Shown: piece by piece, positions 36,249 to 46,309 of the stretch
How positions within the stretch are numbered: the first letter of the stretch is position 1
Layout of the letters: each line of letters begins with the position of its first letter
NCBI GenBank assembly: GCA_951812955.1
Contig: OX638340.1
Span: 3,168,001-3,232,000, forward strand
DNA from: an uncultured Gemmatimonadota bacterium
Lineage (GTDB): Bacteria; JAAXHH01
Direction: 5' to 3'
DNA length: 64,000 bases
The notes under the pieces: generated by a model
Told to the model about the DNA's origin: nothing
Databases searched by the model: none
What the model saw: the letters and a program-made list of their open reading frames with translations, nothing else
Position numbers and translations under genes: made by a program

Positions 36249-38534
36249 GTGATGGATTCTGTTTTAAGCGCGCTCGGTTTGATTGAGGCTTCCGAACACC
36301 TGGCGTTCAGAACCACGGTCCCGATCTGGATCATCGTCCTTTTCGCCATGGTAATGGCCGGGCTCGTGATCCTGTTTTACCGTCGCATGCCCGTGGCGAC
36401 CTCGCCGGCGTGGAAATCCCTGTTTACCGCCCTGAAGATCCTGCCCCTGCTGCTGGTCGTATTCTGTCTCATGGAACCCGTCATCGTAACGTCCGAGGTC
36501 TCGCCCCGCCGGGGTTTCGTGTTGTTGCTGTTCGACGACTCCGGGAGCATGGGGATTCAGGATGGCGCGCGGGGCGTTGCCCGCGTGGATGCAGTAAAGC
36601 GGCGTTTCGTGGATGATGGACTGCTCGAGGAACTGGCCGGCCGGTTCAGGCTGAGGCCCTACCGGTTCGCGGACCGAACCGAACGGGTCTCGGACCTGGG
36701 AGAACTGGACGGTTCCGGGATCGCGACGGACATCGCGGGAGCGCTCGGGCAGGCCGCGGGCGAGTTCAGGGACCTGCCCGTGGCCGCCGTCGTGCTCGTT
36801 ACGGACGGTGCGGACAATGCGAGCACGGGAACGGACAACCTGGCGAACGCGGCCGCGTACCTCGCATCGCGGAACACGCCGGTCCATACCGTGGGGGTCG
36901 GCCGGGAACGGATCGACCGGGATGTCGAAATACTCAAGGTAGCCGCGTCCAACCGGGTCACTGAGGGTACGATAACCGACCTTGTCGTCACCCTGCGGAG
37001 TTCGGGATACGCCGGCCGGTCGATCGACCTGAACATCAAGGAAGGCGGACGCGTGGTGCAGACGGCGCCAGTGCGTCTCGGCCGGGACGGCGAAATTCAA
37101 CGGGTTCAGGTTTTCCTGTCTCCTGAATCGCCGGGCATTCTCGAATACTCGGCCGAAGTCGCCCCCCAGAACGCGGAGACGATCTCGGAGAACAACACCC
37201 AGGCGTTCCTGCTGGACAACCGGTCGAAGACAGGACGGGTCCTGTACGTGGAAGGATATCCACGCAGGGAGTTCAAGTTTATTCGAAGGGCCCTTGAAGA
37301 AGACCCCAGGATCGATATGGTCTCGATCGTCAGGATCTCTCCGGACGGGAGGATCTACCGGCAGGGCATCCGGGACCCGAAACTGGAACTTACGGCGGGT
37401 TATCCACGGAGCCGCGCGGAGCTGTTTGCTTACGACGCCATCGTTTTCGGAGATATCGAGGCGGCCTGGTTCACATCCGAGCAGTTGCGGTTAACCGAAG
37501 CGTTCGTAAGTGATCGCGGTGGCGGCTTCCTCATGATCGGCGGACTGAACTCGTTTCGTGAAGGAGGATACGCGGGGACGCCGATCGAAGACGTGCTCCC
37601 GGTTCAACTCACCGGCGAAAACTGGGCCATGGGTATCGTCGACCACGCCTTTCTCCTCGAACCGGCCGGGGAAGGAATCGACCATCCCCTGCTCCGTTTC
37701 GGATCGACCCCGGAGGAAAACAGGGCGATCTGGAGCGGCTTGCCGGAGCTGATCGGATACAACCGGGTCGGAGGCGTAAAACCCGGCGCCTCCGTGCTGG
37801 CGATCGACCCCGGTACCGACGTGCTTGAAGGATCGAACGTGCTCCTGGCCGTTCAGCGATACGGAAGGGGGCGATCCATGGCTTTTACCGGTTTCAGCAC
37901 GTGGCGCTGGCAGATGCATCTGCCGTCAGAAGACCAGTCGCACGAGCGGTTCTGGCGACAGATGATCCGCTGGGTCGCCCTCTACGCCCCCGGGCGGGTT
38001 ACGGTCGCCACGAACAGGTCGAATTACGGAGGTCACGAGCCGGTAATCATCGAAAGCCGGCTGTTTGACCAGGGATTCGAACCGGTCGACGGCACCGAAG
38101 TATGGGCTCACGTCACGGGTCCGGCCGGCCGGTCGGAATCCGTGCCGCTCGAGTGGGCCCTGGGGAAGGGTGGCCTGTACCGGGGCGAGTATCGTCCTGA
38201 ACTGGGCGGCATGCACAAGGTCGAGGTTACCGTCCGTTCCGCAGATGGCGAGCTGCTGCGCGATCAGACCGGGTTTACCGTGGCCCCTTCGGCCACGGAG
38301 TTCACGAACGCGGGACTGCGCGCGGAGGAACTTGAAAGGCTTGCCGGGTCCACGGGCGGCACGTACCTGCCCCTGTCCGAGGCGGGACGGTTGACCGAGT
38401 TGATTCAGCCCGTCGATGATACGGCTACGTCGATCCGCGAAAGAGACCTGCGGGACACGCCTTTCCTTTTCGCGGCCATACTGCTTTTTCTGAGCGCAGA
38501 ATGGTTTTTGAGGCGCCAGAAAGGACTGTCGTGA
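36249..38534 (+). CDS. Membrane protein with a VWA (MIDAS) domain and a C-terminal GATase1-like / DUF4159-type domain (BatA/B-like aerotolerance-type).
   Basis: It has two N-terminal TM helices, then LLLFDDSGSMG (MIDAS DxSxS) and VVLVTDGADN. The protein is 761 aa. The antisense ORFs across it are shadows. Confidence 0.7.
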   Translation: MMDSVLSALGLIEASEHLAFRTTVPIWIIVLFAMVMAGLVILFYRRMPVATSPAWKSLFTALKILPLLLVVFCLMEPVIVTSEVSPRRGFVLLLFDDSGSMGIQDGARGVARVDAVKRRFVDDGLLEELAGRFRLRPYRFADRTERVSDLGELDGSGIATDIAGALGQAAGEFRDLPVAAVVLVTDGADNASTGTDNLANAAAYLASRNTPVHTVGVGRERIDRDVEILKVAASNRVTEGTITDLVVTLRSSGYAGRSIDLNIKEGGRVVQTAPVRLGRDGEIQRVQVFLSPESPGILEYSAEVAPQNAETISENNTQAFLLDNRSKTGRVLYVEGYPRREFKFIRRALEEDPRIDMVSIVRISPDGRIYRQGIRDPKLELTAGYPRSRAELFAYDAIVFGDIEAAWFTSEQLRLTEAFVSDRGGGFLMIGGLNSFREGGYAGTPIEDVLPVQLTGENWAMGIVDHAFLLEPAGEGIDHPLLRFGSTPEENRAIWSGLPELIGYNRVGGVKPGASVLAIDPGTDVLEGSNVLLAVQRYGRGRSMAFTGFSTWRWQMHLPSEDQSHERFWRQMIRWVALYAPGRVTVATNRSNYGGHEPVIIESRLFDQGFEPVDGTEVWAHVTGPAGRSESVPLEWALGKGGLYRGEYRPELGGMHKVEVTVRSADGELLRDQTGFTVAPSATEFTNAGLRAEELERLAGSTGGTYLPLSEAGRLTELIQPVDDTATSIRERDLRDTPFLFAAILLFLSAEWFLRRQKGLS

Positions 38535-39709
38535 TGAGCCTGATCACGGGCATGTGCGCGGGGCTGCTGGCCGCCGGCCTGCTCAGCGGCGGGCTGTTTA
38601 CGATGCAGCCGACCGATCCTCTCCGACAGCCGACCGCACCTCCCCAGCGGCCGTCCGATCCGCCCCTGCAGCCGTCCGATCCGCCGCAGCGGTCGGTCGA
38701 CCCACCCCGGCTGCCGTCCGCACCTCCCCAGCGGTCGGTCGATCCACCGGGCATGATGGAAACGGGCACGGCTTCCGGGTTGCAGTACGGATTGGTCATC
38801 GCGGGAATCGGCGGCGAAAAGAAGTACGTGGACCGCAATCTGGACTGGGCGCGGGGTTTCCGCGACGTTTTGAGTTCCGACTACGGTTTCTCGGAAGACC
38901 GGCTGACCCTGCTGGTCGAGGATCCGGCCGGCGTCGGCGGTTTCCCGGCGGTGAAGTCCACGCTGGCAGAGATTCGACGAGTCCTGGCCGCCCTGGCGGA
39001 TCTCATTCGTCCCGGCGACGATCTGTTCATCCTGCTGATCGGCCATGGCAGCGCCACGGACGCAGGCGCCAGGTTGAATATCCCCGGTCCGGACCTGAGG
39101 GCGGACATGCTGCGCGATGCGCTCGAAGAGATCGGGGCGCGGTACACGGTCGTGGTGAATGGCGCGAGTTCCAGCGCACCTTTCATCGAGGCACTTAGCG
39201 GTCCCGGTCGCGTGATCGTTACGGCGACCAAAAGCGGTGCCGAACGGCTATCCACGGTCTTTCCGGAGCACCTGCTCGCAGCACTGAAAGCGAAGGCGGG
39301 GGACCTGGACAAGGACGGACGGATCTCGGTGCTGGAGTCTTTTGTCTACGCGAGGAACAAGACCTCGGAATGGTACGCCGGCGAGGGGCTTCTGGCTACC
39401 GAACATCCGCTGCTGGACGACAACGGCGACGGAAGGGGGACCCGGGAACCGGGGCCCGGCGGTACGGATGGGATGCTGGCCGGCAGGGTGTACTTCGGCC
39501 GCAGATCGACTGCCGCGGTGAAATCGGGTTCTCCCGAGGAACGGTCGCTGCAGGCCGGCATGGAGGCGTTGCGCTGGCAGATCGATGAGCTCAAAGCCCG
39601 CAAGGACCAGGTGGATCCTGGTGAATACACGGCGCGCATGGAGGAGTTGCTGATTGAACTGGCACGGGTGACCAGGCGGCTCAGAACGCTGGAAGGGAAT
39701 CCGCCGTGA
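38534..39709 (+). CDS. Hypothetical exported protein with an N-terminal TM/signal segment, a Pro-rich repeat linker and a globular C-terminal domain.
   Basis: Its start overlaps the upstream stop (TGATG). Repeats read PQRPSDPPLQPSDPPQRSVDPPRLPSAPPQRSVDPP. The later region (…LLIGHGSATDAG…VVVNGASSSAPF…) is legumain/C13-like in spacing, but the nucleophile Cys is absent. Confidence 0.5.
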   Translation: MSLITGMCAGLLAAGLLSGGLFTMQPTDPLRQPTAPPQRPSDPPLQPSDPPQRSVDPPRLPSAPPQRSVDPPGMMETGTASGLQYGLVIAGIGGEKKYVDRNLDWARGFRDVLSSDYGFSEDRLTLLVEDPAGVGGFPAVKSTLAEIRRVLAALADLIRPGDDLFILLIGHGSATDAGARLNIPGPDLRADMLRDALEEIGARYTVVVNGASSSAPFIEALSGPGRVIVTATKSGAERLSTVFPEHLLAALKAKAGDLDKDGRISVLESFVYARNKTSEWYAGEGLLATEHPLLDDNGDGRGTREPGPGGTDGMLAGRVYFGRRSTAAVKSGSPEERSLQAGMEALRWQIDELKARKDQVDPGEYTARMEELLIELARVTRRLRTLEGNPP

Positions 39710-39767
39710 CGCGTGCCGTCTTGTCCTTGACGCATGGGCCGGAGCCGTTAACATATTCAGCGGTTGA

Positions 39768-41129
<1,362 letters not shown>

Positions 41130-41143
41130 GCGGAGCGCTTCCC

Positions 41144-41557
41144 ATGGCCGATACAAGGCCTATTAAACCCGGTGCCTCCGGGGCGTCCGAGACCAGGCGG
41201 CGCATGCGAACCAGAAAAAGAATCCGTTTGAGGTGGATTATCCTCGGCGTGATAGCCATCGTGTTCGGATATATCTATATCGGTGGCAGTTACGGCTGGT
41301 ACAACATGTGGAAACTCAGGCAGCAGAGATCCCAGTTGCAAACCGATTTAAAGGAGCTGGATTCCCGGAATCGGGTTCTGACCGACGAACTGGAACTGCT
41401 CGAGGGCGATGCCGAGGCGGATGAGCGGACGCGCTTCGAACTGGAAAGACTGGCCCGGGAGGAACACGGAATGGTCCGGGAAGACGAGTTGATTTACAGG
41501 TTCCCCGTGGAAGCAAAGGATACCACCGAAGCCGGAGTGCCGGAACCCGGCCCCTGA
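41144..41557 (+). CDS. ftsB: Septum formation initiator (FtsB/DivIC family).
   Basis: It has a single TM helix plus a coiled-coil (…LRQQRSQLQTDLKELDSRNRVLTDELELLE…). It sits immediately downstream of eno, as in many bacteria. Confidence 0.75.
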   Translation: MADTRPIKPGASGASETRRRMRTRKRIRLRWIILGVIAIVFGYIYIGGSYGWYNMWKLRQQRSQLQTDLKELDSRNRVLTDELELLEGDAEADERTRFELERLAREEHGMVREDELIYRFPVEAKDTTEAGVPEPGP

Positions 41558-41584
41558 AGCAGTTTTTCCCTCCGGGACCTCCTC

Positions 41585-42370
41585 ATGGCCATACAATCCT
41601 CGGAAGCCATCGTGCTGAACCGGATACCGCTGGGGGATACCAGTCTCCTGGTCACGGTTTACGCCCGGGCCTTCGGCAAGGTAAAACTCGTGGCCCGCGG
41701 AGCGCGCCGCTCGAAGCGGGGGACGGCGTCTTTACTGCAACCATACCAGGTGATCACGGTATACTTCAACCACCGCACAAACCGCGAATTGCAGCAACTT
41801 TCGAAAGTCGAGGCGGGACCGTACTTCAGGCAGATCGGAGAAGACCTCACGAAGGTGGCTTATGCCAGCGCAGTTTGTGAACTGGTGAACAGGCTGGTCC
41901 TGGGCGAAGAGCCCGGCGAAGCGCTCTTCGGGCTGATCTTTCGCACGCTGGAAGCGATCGACCGGCAGTCCGCGGAATCGTGCGAAATGCTGTTCTGGCG
42001 CTTTCAGATCGAATTCGCCGATGTCTACGGCACCGGACCCGAGTTCACATCCTGCCTGGGATGCGGTGAGCGCCCGGAGGAAACGTCGGTCTGCTTCAGT
42101 CCGGCCCTGGGCGGGATTCTGTGCCGCGACTGCCAGGCGCAGGACGGCGAGGCGATGCGGATCTCCCTGGGTACCGCGCGGCTGTTGTCCCGCGTGCGCG
42201 AGTTGCCGCTGGAGAATCTGACGAGACTGAAGCCCGTGAGGACGTCGCGGCGCGAGATTCAGCGCGCAATCCGAGCCTTCTACCTGTTTCAGATGGACGA
42301 CGGACGGGAGTTGAAATCACTGAAATTCCTGGAGTCGATCGAGGAAGACAGTCGGGAGCGCCGGCAATGA
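41585..42370 (+). CDS. recO: DNA repair protein RecO.
   Basis: The N-terminus forms an OB fold (AIVLNRIPLGDTSLLVTVYARAFGKVKLVARGARR). The C-terminus has a Cys4 zinc motif (CLGCG…CRDC). Confidence 0.85.
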   Translation: MAIQSSEAIVLNRIPLGDTSLLVTVYARAFGKVKLVARGARRSKRGTASLLQPYQVITVYFNHRTNRELQQLSKVEAGPYFRQIGEDLTKVAYASAVCELVNRLVLGEEPGEALFGLIFRTLEAIDRQSAESCEMLFWRFQIEFADVYGTGPEFTSCLGCGERPEETSVCFSPALGGILCRDCQAQDGEAMRISLGTARLLSRVRELPLENLTRLKPVRTSRREIQRAIRAFYLFQMDDGRELKSLKFLESIEEDSRERRQ

Positions 42371-43365
42371 AGAAGCACGGAACCGGGTACGACGCGGTAA
42401 CCTGGGGCGAAGGTTTTCTGCGCCTTACACCTAGGGGGCGGGAACGATTCGAGCAGGCCTCGGGGTTCGACGTTACCGTGGCCGGCGGCGCCCTGGAGAC
42501 GGCGGTCGGACTCGCAAGGCTTGGCCTCCGTACGGCCTGGCTTTCGGTCGTGGGCGACACGCCCCTGGGCATGAAGCTGGTCAACAAGGTCCGGGAGCAT
42601 GGGGTGGACACGGATCGCGTGGCCCGGTTGCCTGGAGGACGCACCGGGCTGTGTTACGCCGAGACGGGTAGCGCGCCGAGGCCGACCCGGACCTGGTACG
42701 ACATGGACGATACCGCCTTCCGTTCAACCCGATCGGGCACGGAGGACTGGCCTTCCGATCGCGAAACGGCCGTCCTGCACCTGGACCTCACGGCGCCCAT
42801 GCTCGATGCCGTCAACGCCTCCAGACTGGAAGCCGCCCTCGAATGCACCCGGGCCGCGAACAACCCGGTCAGTCTCCTGTTGGACGTACCGGGCGGGGAG
42901 CGCCTCGACGATGAAGTAGAAAAGCGGGTAGTCGATCTCGTGGATGCCGCGGAAATCCTCATGTTGACGCTACGTTCCCTCGAGACGATCTGTGGGTTCG
43001 AAGGGCCGCTGGCCACGGCGGTCGATCTGGCACGGACCCGGTTCGGCGCGAAACACACGGTGGTCGTGGATCACCGTCTCCCCGCGGCCGGCGTGGCGAC
43101 CTGGAGTGGCATCGCGGTTTCCCCCACCGGCGAGGCGTTCGAAGACCGTATAGACGGGATCAGGGTGATCGACACCGACGGCGCGCTGGGAGCCTTCGCG
43201 GCAGGTTGTCTACTCGGTTTACAGGAGGACTGCACCCGTTCCGCCTTGCGGTACGGCAGTGCCGCTGCCGCCCTGGCCTGTTCCGTACCCGGACCTTTAA
43301 ACTGGTTCACCAGGGAGGACCTGGAATTGCAGATCGAAGGAACCGGATCGAGGCTTCAGCGTTAG
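42367..43365 (+). CDS. PfkB-family carbohydrate kinase (ribokinase-like).
   Basis: ATG 42367 overlaps the recO stop. The protein has a PfkB-like N-terminus (…DVTVAGGALETAVGLARLG…) and a C-terminal …IDTDGALGAFAAGCLLG motif (the DTxGAGD-like anion hole). Confidence 0.7.
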   Translation: MKKHGTGYDAVTWGEGFLRLTPRGRERFEQASGFDVTVAGGALETAVGLARLGLRTAWLSVVGDTPLGMKLVNKVREHGVDTDRVARLPGGRTGLCYAETGSAPRPTRTWYDMDDTAFRSTRSGTEDWPSDRETAVLHLDLTAPMLDAVNASRLEAALECTRAANNPVSLLLDVPGGERLDDEVEKRVVDLVDAAEILMLTLRSLETICGFEGPLATAVDLARTRFGAKHTVVVDHRLPAAGVATWSGIAVSPTGEAFEDRIDGIRVIDTDGALGAFAAGCLLGLQEDCTRSALRYGSAAAALACSVPGPLNWFTREDLELQIEGTGSRLQR

Positions 43366-43381
43366 ATCGATACGGATAAGT

Positions 43382-43411
43382 CCCGGCCGGGTGCCGGGTT
43401 TTTGTTTTTTT
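43382..43411 (+). terminator. Rho-independent terminator downstream of the pfkB-like gene.
   Basis: The stem is CCCGGC, the loop is cgggt, the return stem is GCCGGG, and TTTTTGTTTTTTT follows directly. Confidence 0.65.
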
Positions 43412-43792
43412 CGTGACTCAAATCGAAGGAAAAGTGCATCCGGATTGTAGGTATTAAGATAGCGTCAATGTACCCGAGGTCATTTCGATTGCAGAAACCA
43501 TGGACGACTCGATAATCACAACAGATCATTTCGACCGTCCGCCCCGGGCTCAAACCCATAAGAGGAGGCAGGAAGATGGCAGGAAGATTCCTTATCATGC
43601 GGTCCATCACGCGTCCCAAGCCCTTCGTCACTGACGCGGGCACGCCGATCTCGTCTCCGGAGTGTTGTTGGCGCAATCCCTGACATACAAATCTGGTCAG
43701 GGTAACTGACGCACGTCCTCCGGAGCCGCGAGACCCACGTCAAGCGGTGTTTTTTTTTCTTGAGCGAACTCAACCGGAGGTAGAATCACTTC

Positions 43793-44221
43793 ATGTATAA
43801 TCCTGAATTCTGGGAAATCCGATTGGAACAGATTGATCTGGAGCAGTTTCCCAATGAAGCGAATATCTGGTACGAGACGGGGGAGGATCGGGTGCACAGG
43901 TATCAGCGCGAAGACCGGGTGGACGAACTGGCCGACTCGGTCTACGATTTCCTTTCCCAGTATCTGACCCAGAAACAGTGCGAGGTCGTGGTGCTGTATT
44001 TCATTTATCAAAAGACCCAGCAGGAGGCAGCGGATATCCTGGGCATCTCCCGCAGGGTCGTGAGCCAGCACTTGTTCGGGATTTGTCGGGAAGGCAAGCA
44101 TATAGGGGGCGCGGTCAACAAGTTGCGCAAACTGTGTGCCCGGCATGGAATCGACTTTCAACCTGCCGAGCAGACGTTCGAGACGCAGGAATTCCGCGAC
44201 CGGCTCGCCATTTCCGCCTGA
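43793..44221 (+). CDS. Sigma-70 region-4-like HTH DNA-binding protein (no region 2).
   Basis: LSQYLTQKQCEVVVLYFIYQKTQQEAADILGISRRVVSQHL matches the ECF sigma region 4 pattern. The N-terminal half lacks sigma region 2. Confidence 0.55.
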   Translation: MYNPEFWEIRLEQIDLEQFPNEANIWYETGEDRVHRYQREDRVDELADSVYDFLSQYLTQKQCEVVVLYFIYQKTQQEAADILGISRRVVSQHLFGICREGKHIGGAVNKLRKLCARHGIDFQPAEQTFETQEFRDRLAISA

Positions 44222-44309
44222 AAGACCATCCCGTACCGCTTCATGCCACTACGGAAAAGCCGCCGGAAGCACCATCTGGCGGCTTTTTTAGTGAAAGAGA
44301 ATAAGCTTG

Positions 44310-44900
44310 ATGGATCGTGATAGATTCTCGGACGCGATAGAGCGTATAGACGCCGCCAACGGCGCCGATCCGGAAACGGAAGAAGCAGAGGGCCGAACCT
44401 GGCCGAAGGCGTTGCTGTACGGCGTGCGGATGTCCGCCTGCCTGGAGGAACTGGCGGCAGACGCGTCGGAAGCGCTGTGCCTCGCCGTGCGTTGCCAGCA
44501 TATTCAAAGGTGGAAGATACCCCGCGAGGATTATCCCGTGGGCCGGCTCGGTTACCGGCAGTGGAGAACGGAACTGGCCGGGTACCATGCCCAGACCGCG
44601 GGCTCGATCCTGCGGGATGCCGGTTATGACGACGCACTCGTAGACCGGGTGAAGTCCCTCGTCAGAAAGGAAAGACTCAAGGCCGACCCGGAGGCGCAGA
44701 CCCTCGAGGACGTTGCCTGCCTGGTGTTTTTCCGGTACTACCTGCCCGCATTCGCGAAAAAGCACAAAGAGGAGAAACTGGTCGAAATCCTGGCAAGGAC
44801 CTGGAAGAAGATGTCGCCCGCGGGCCGGGCCGCGGCTCGAGCCATCGCCTTGACACCCGTACTGAAATCGTTGCTGGACCGTGCGATCCGGCAAGGTTAA
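44310..44900 (+). CDS. Conserved hypothetical protein (DUF4202-like).
   Basis: This 196-aa ORF has host-like codon usage, with the start at ATG 44310 after a TTG. I am uncertain of the family assignment. Confidence 0.45.
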   Translation: MDRDRFSDAIERIDAANGADPETEEAEGRTWPKALLYGVRMSACLEELAADASEALCLAVRCQHIQRWKIPREDYPVGRLGYRQWRTELAGYHAQTAGSILRDAGYDDALVDRVKSLVRKERLKADPEAQTLEDVACLVFFRYYLPAFAKKHKEEKLVEILARTWKKMSPAGRAAARAIALTPVLKSLLDRAIRQG

Positions 44901-44914
44901 CGAGCGATCTTATC

Positions 44915-46267
44915 ATGACCGAACACCGTTCTCCCAATATCGTATTCGTTTTTGGTGATCAGCACCGTTGGTGCAGTACCGGATTCGGCGGAAGCCGCCA
45001 GGTGCGCACGCCTTACATGGACCGCATGGCCCGGGAAGGCGTCGCCTTCGATCTGGCAGTCGCCAACGTTCCGGTCTGCACGCCCTGGCGGGCGGCGTTT
45101 CTTACCGGACAGTATCCGTTGACGACCGGCATGTTCATGAACGACGTGCGGCTGCCAGTGGACCGGCCGACACTGGGGACGGTCCTGCGCGCCGCGGGCT
45201 ACCGGACCGCGTACATCGGCAAATGGCATCTCGACGGCCCGTCGCGGGGTGGATTCACGCCGCCGGGCCCGCGCAGACAGGGATTCGATTTCTGGGCCGT
45301 GGGAAACTGCACCCACGACTACATGCACTCCGTGTACTACCGGGATACGGACGCGCCGCTGTACTGGGACGGGTACGACGCGGAGGCACAGACTTCCCTG
45401 GCCATCGAATACATCCAATCCGGAAAGCGGGACAGTCCCTTCGCGCTGGTCCTGTCATGGGGGCCGCCGCACAATCCCTACGAGGCGGTGCCTGCCAGAT
45501 ACCGCGATCTGTATCCGGCGGACGAGATCGAGGTGCGTCCCAACTGTACCGACCCAAACCGTGACGACATTGCGGGATACTACGCCCACATAACGGCCCT
45601 TGACGATCAACTGGCGCGCCTGGGGAATGCCCTCGATGAACAGGGGCTGATGGAGAACACGGTGTTCGTCTATACGTCGGACCACGGTGACATGCTCGGA
45701 TCACAGGGCCGGCAGCGCAAGCAGCACCCCTGGGACGAGTCCATCCGCGTCCCCTTCGTCATGCGTTGCCCGGACCAGGCGTACGGGGGGCTTCGCATCG
45801 AAACGCCGTTCAACGTGGTGGACATCATGCCGACGCTGCTCGGCCTGACCGGAATTCCCGCCCCCGGCGCCTGCGAGGGCAGGGACCACGCTCCGGCGGT
45901 GCGAGGCGACAACTTTACGGGAAACGAAGCCGCCTATATCATGAGTATCGTGCCCTTTTCGGAATACCGGGGCCAGCCCTGGCGGGGCATCCGGACCGAC
46001 GGGCATACCTACGTACGCAATCTCGACGGCCCCTGGCTGCTGTATGACAACCGGGAAGATCCCTGCCAGATGAGCAACCTGGCCGGCAGGGAAGAACATG
46101 CGGCGTTGCAGCGCCGGTTGGACGAACAACTGGAGAAAGAGATGGTCCGCCGGGGCGACGCACTGCTCCCCGCCGAGCATTACTTGGAGCGATTCGGCTA
46201 TGAAGTGAACGAAGTCGGCGCGATCCCGCACGACAATGCGGTTCGCCCGCCGGATCGACGCGCTTAG
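44915..46267 (+). CDS. Sulfatase (formylglycine-dependent arylsulfatase family).
   Basis: It has VCTPWRAAFLTGQYP (the CxPxR FGly motif), GKWHLDG and an N-terminal IVFVFGDQHR motif. Confidence 0.9.
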   Translation: MTEHRSPNIVFVFGDQHRWCSTGFGGSRQVRTPYMDRMAREGVAFDLAVANVPVCTPWRAAFLTGQYPLTTGMFMNDVRLPVDRPTLGTVLRAAGYRTAYIGKWHLDGPSRGGFTPPGPRRQGFDFWAVGNCTHDYMHSVYYRDTDAPLYWDGYDAEAQTSLAIEYIQSGKRDSPFALVLSWGPPHNPYEAVPARYRDLYPADEIEVRPNCTDPNRDDIAGYYAHITALDDQLARLGNALDEQGLMENTVFVYTSDHGDMLGSQGRQRKQHPWDESIRVPFVMRCPDQAYGGLRIETPFNVVDIMPTLLGLTGIPAPGACEGRDHAPAVRGDNFTGNEAAYIMSIVPFSEYRGQPWRGIRTDGHTYVRNLDGPWLLYDNREDPCQMSNLAGREEHAALQRRLDEQLEKEMVRRGDALLPAEHYLERFGYEVNEVGAIPHDNAVRPPDRRA

Positions 46268-46309
46268 CCGGACCATGGCAACGATCCATTGAGACAAAGA
46301 GGTGACAAG

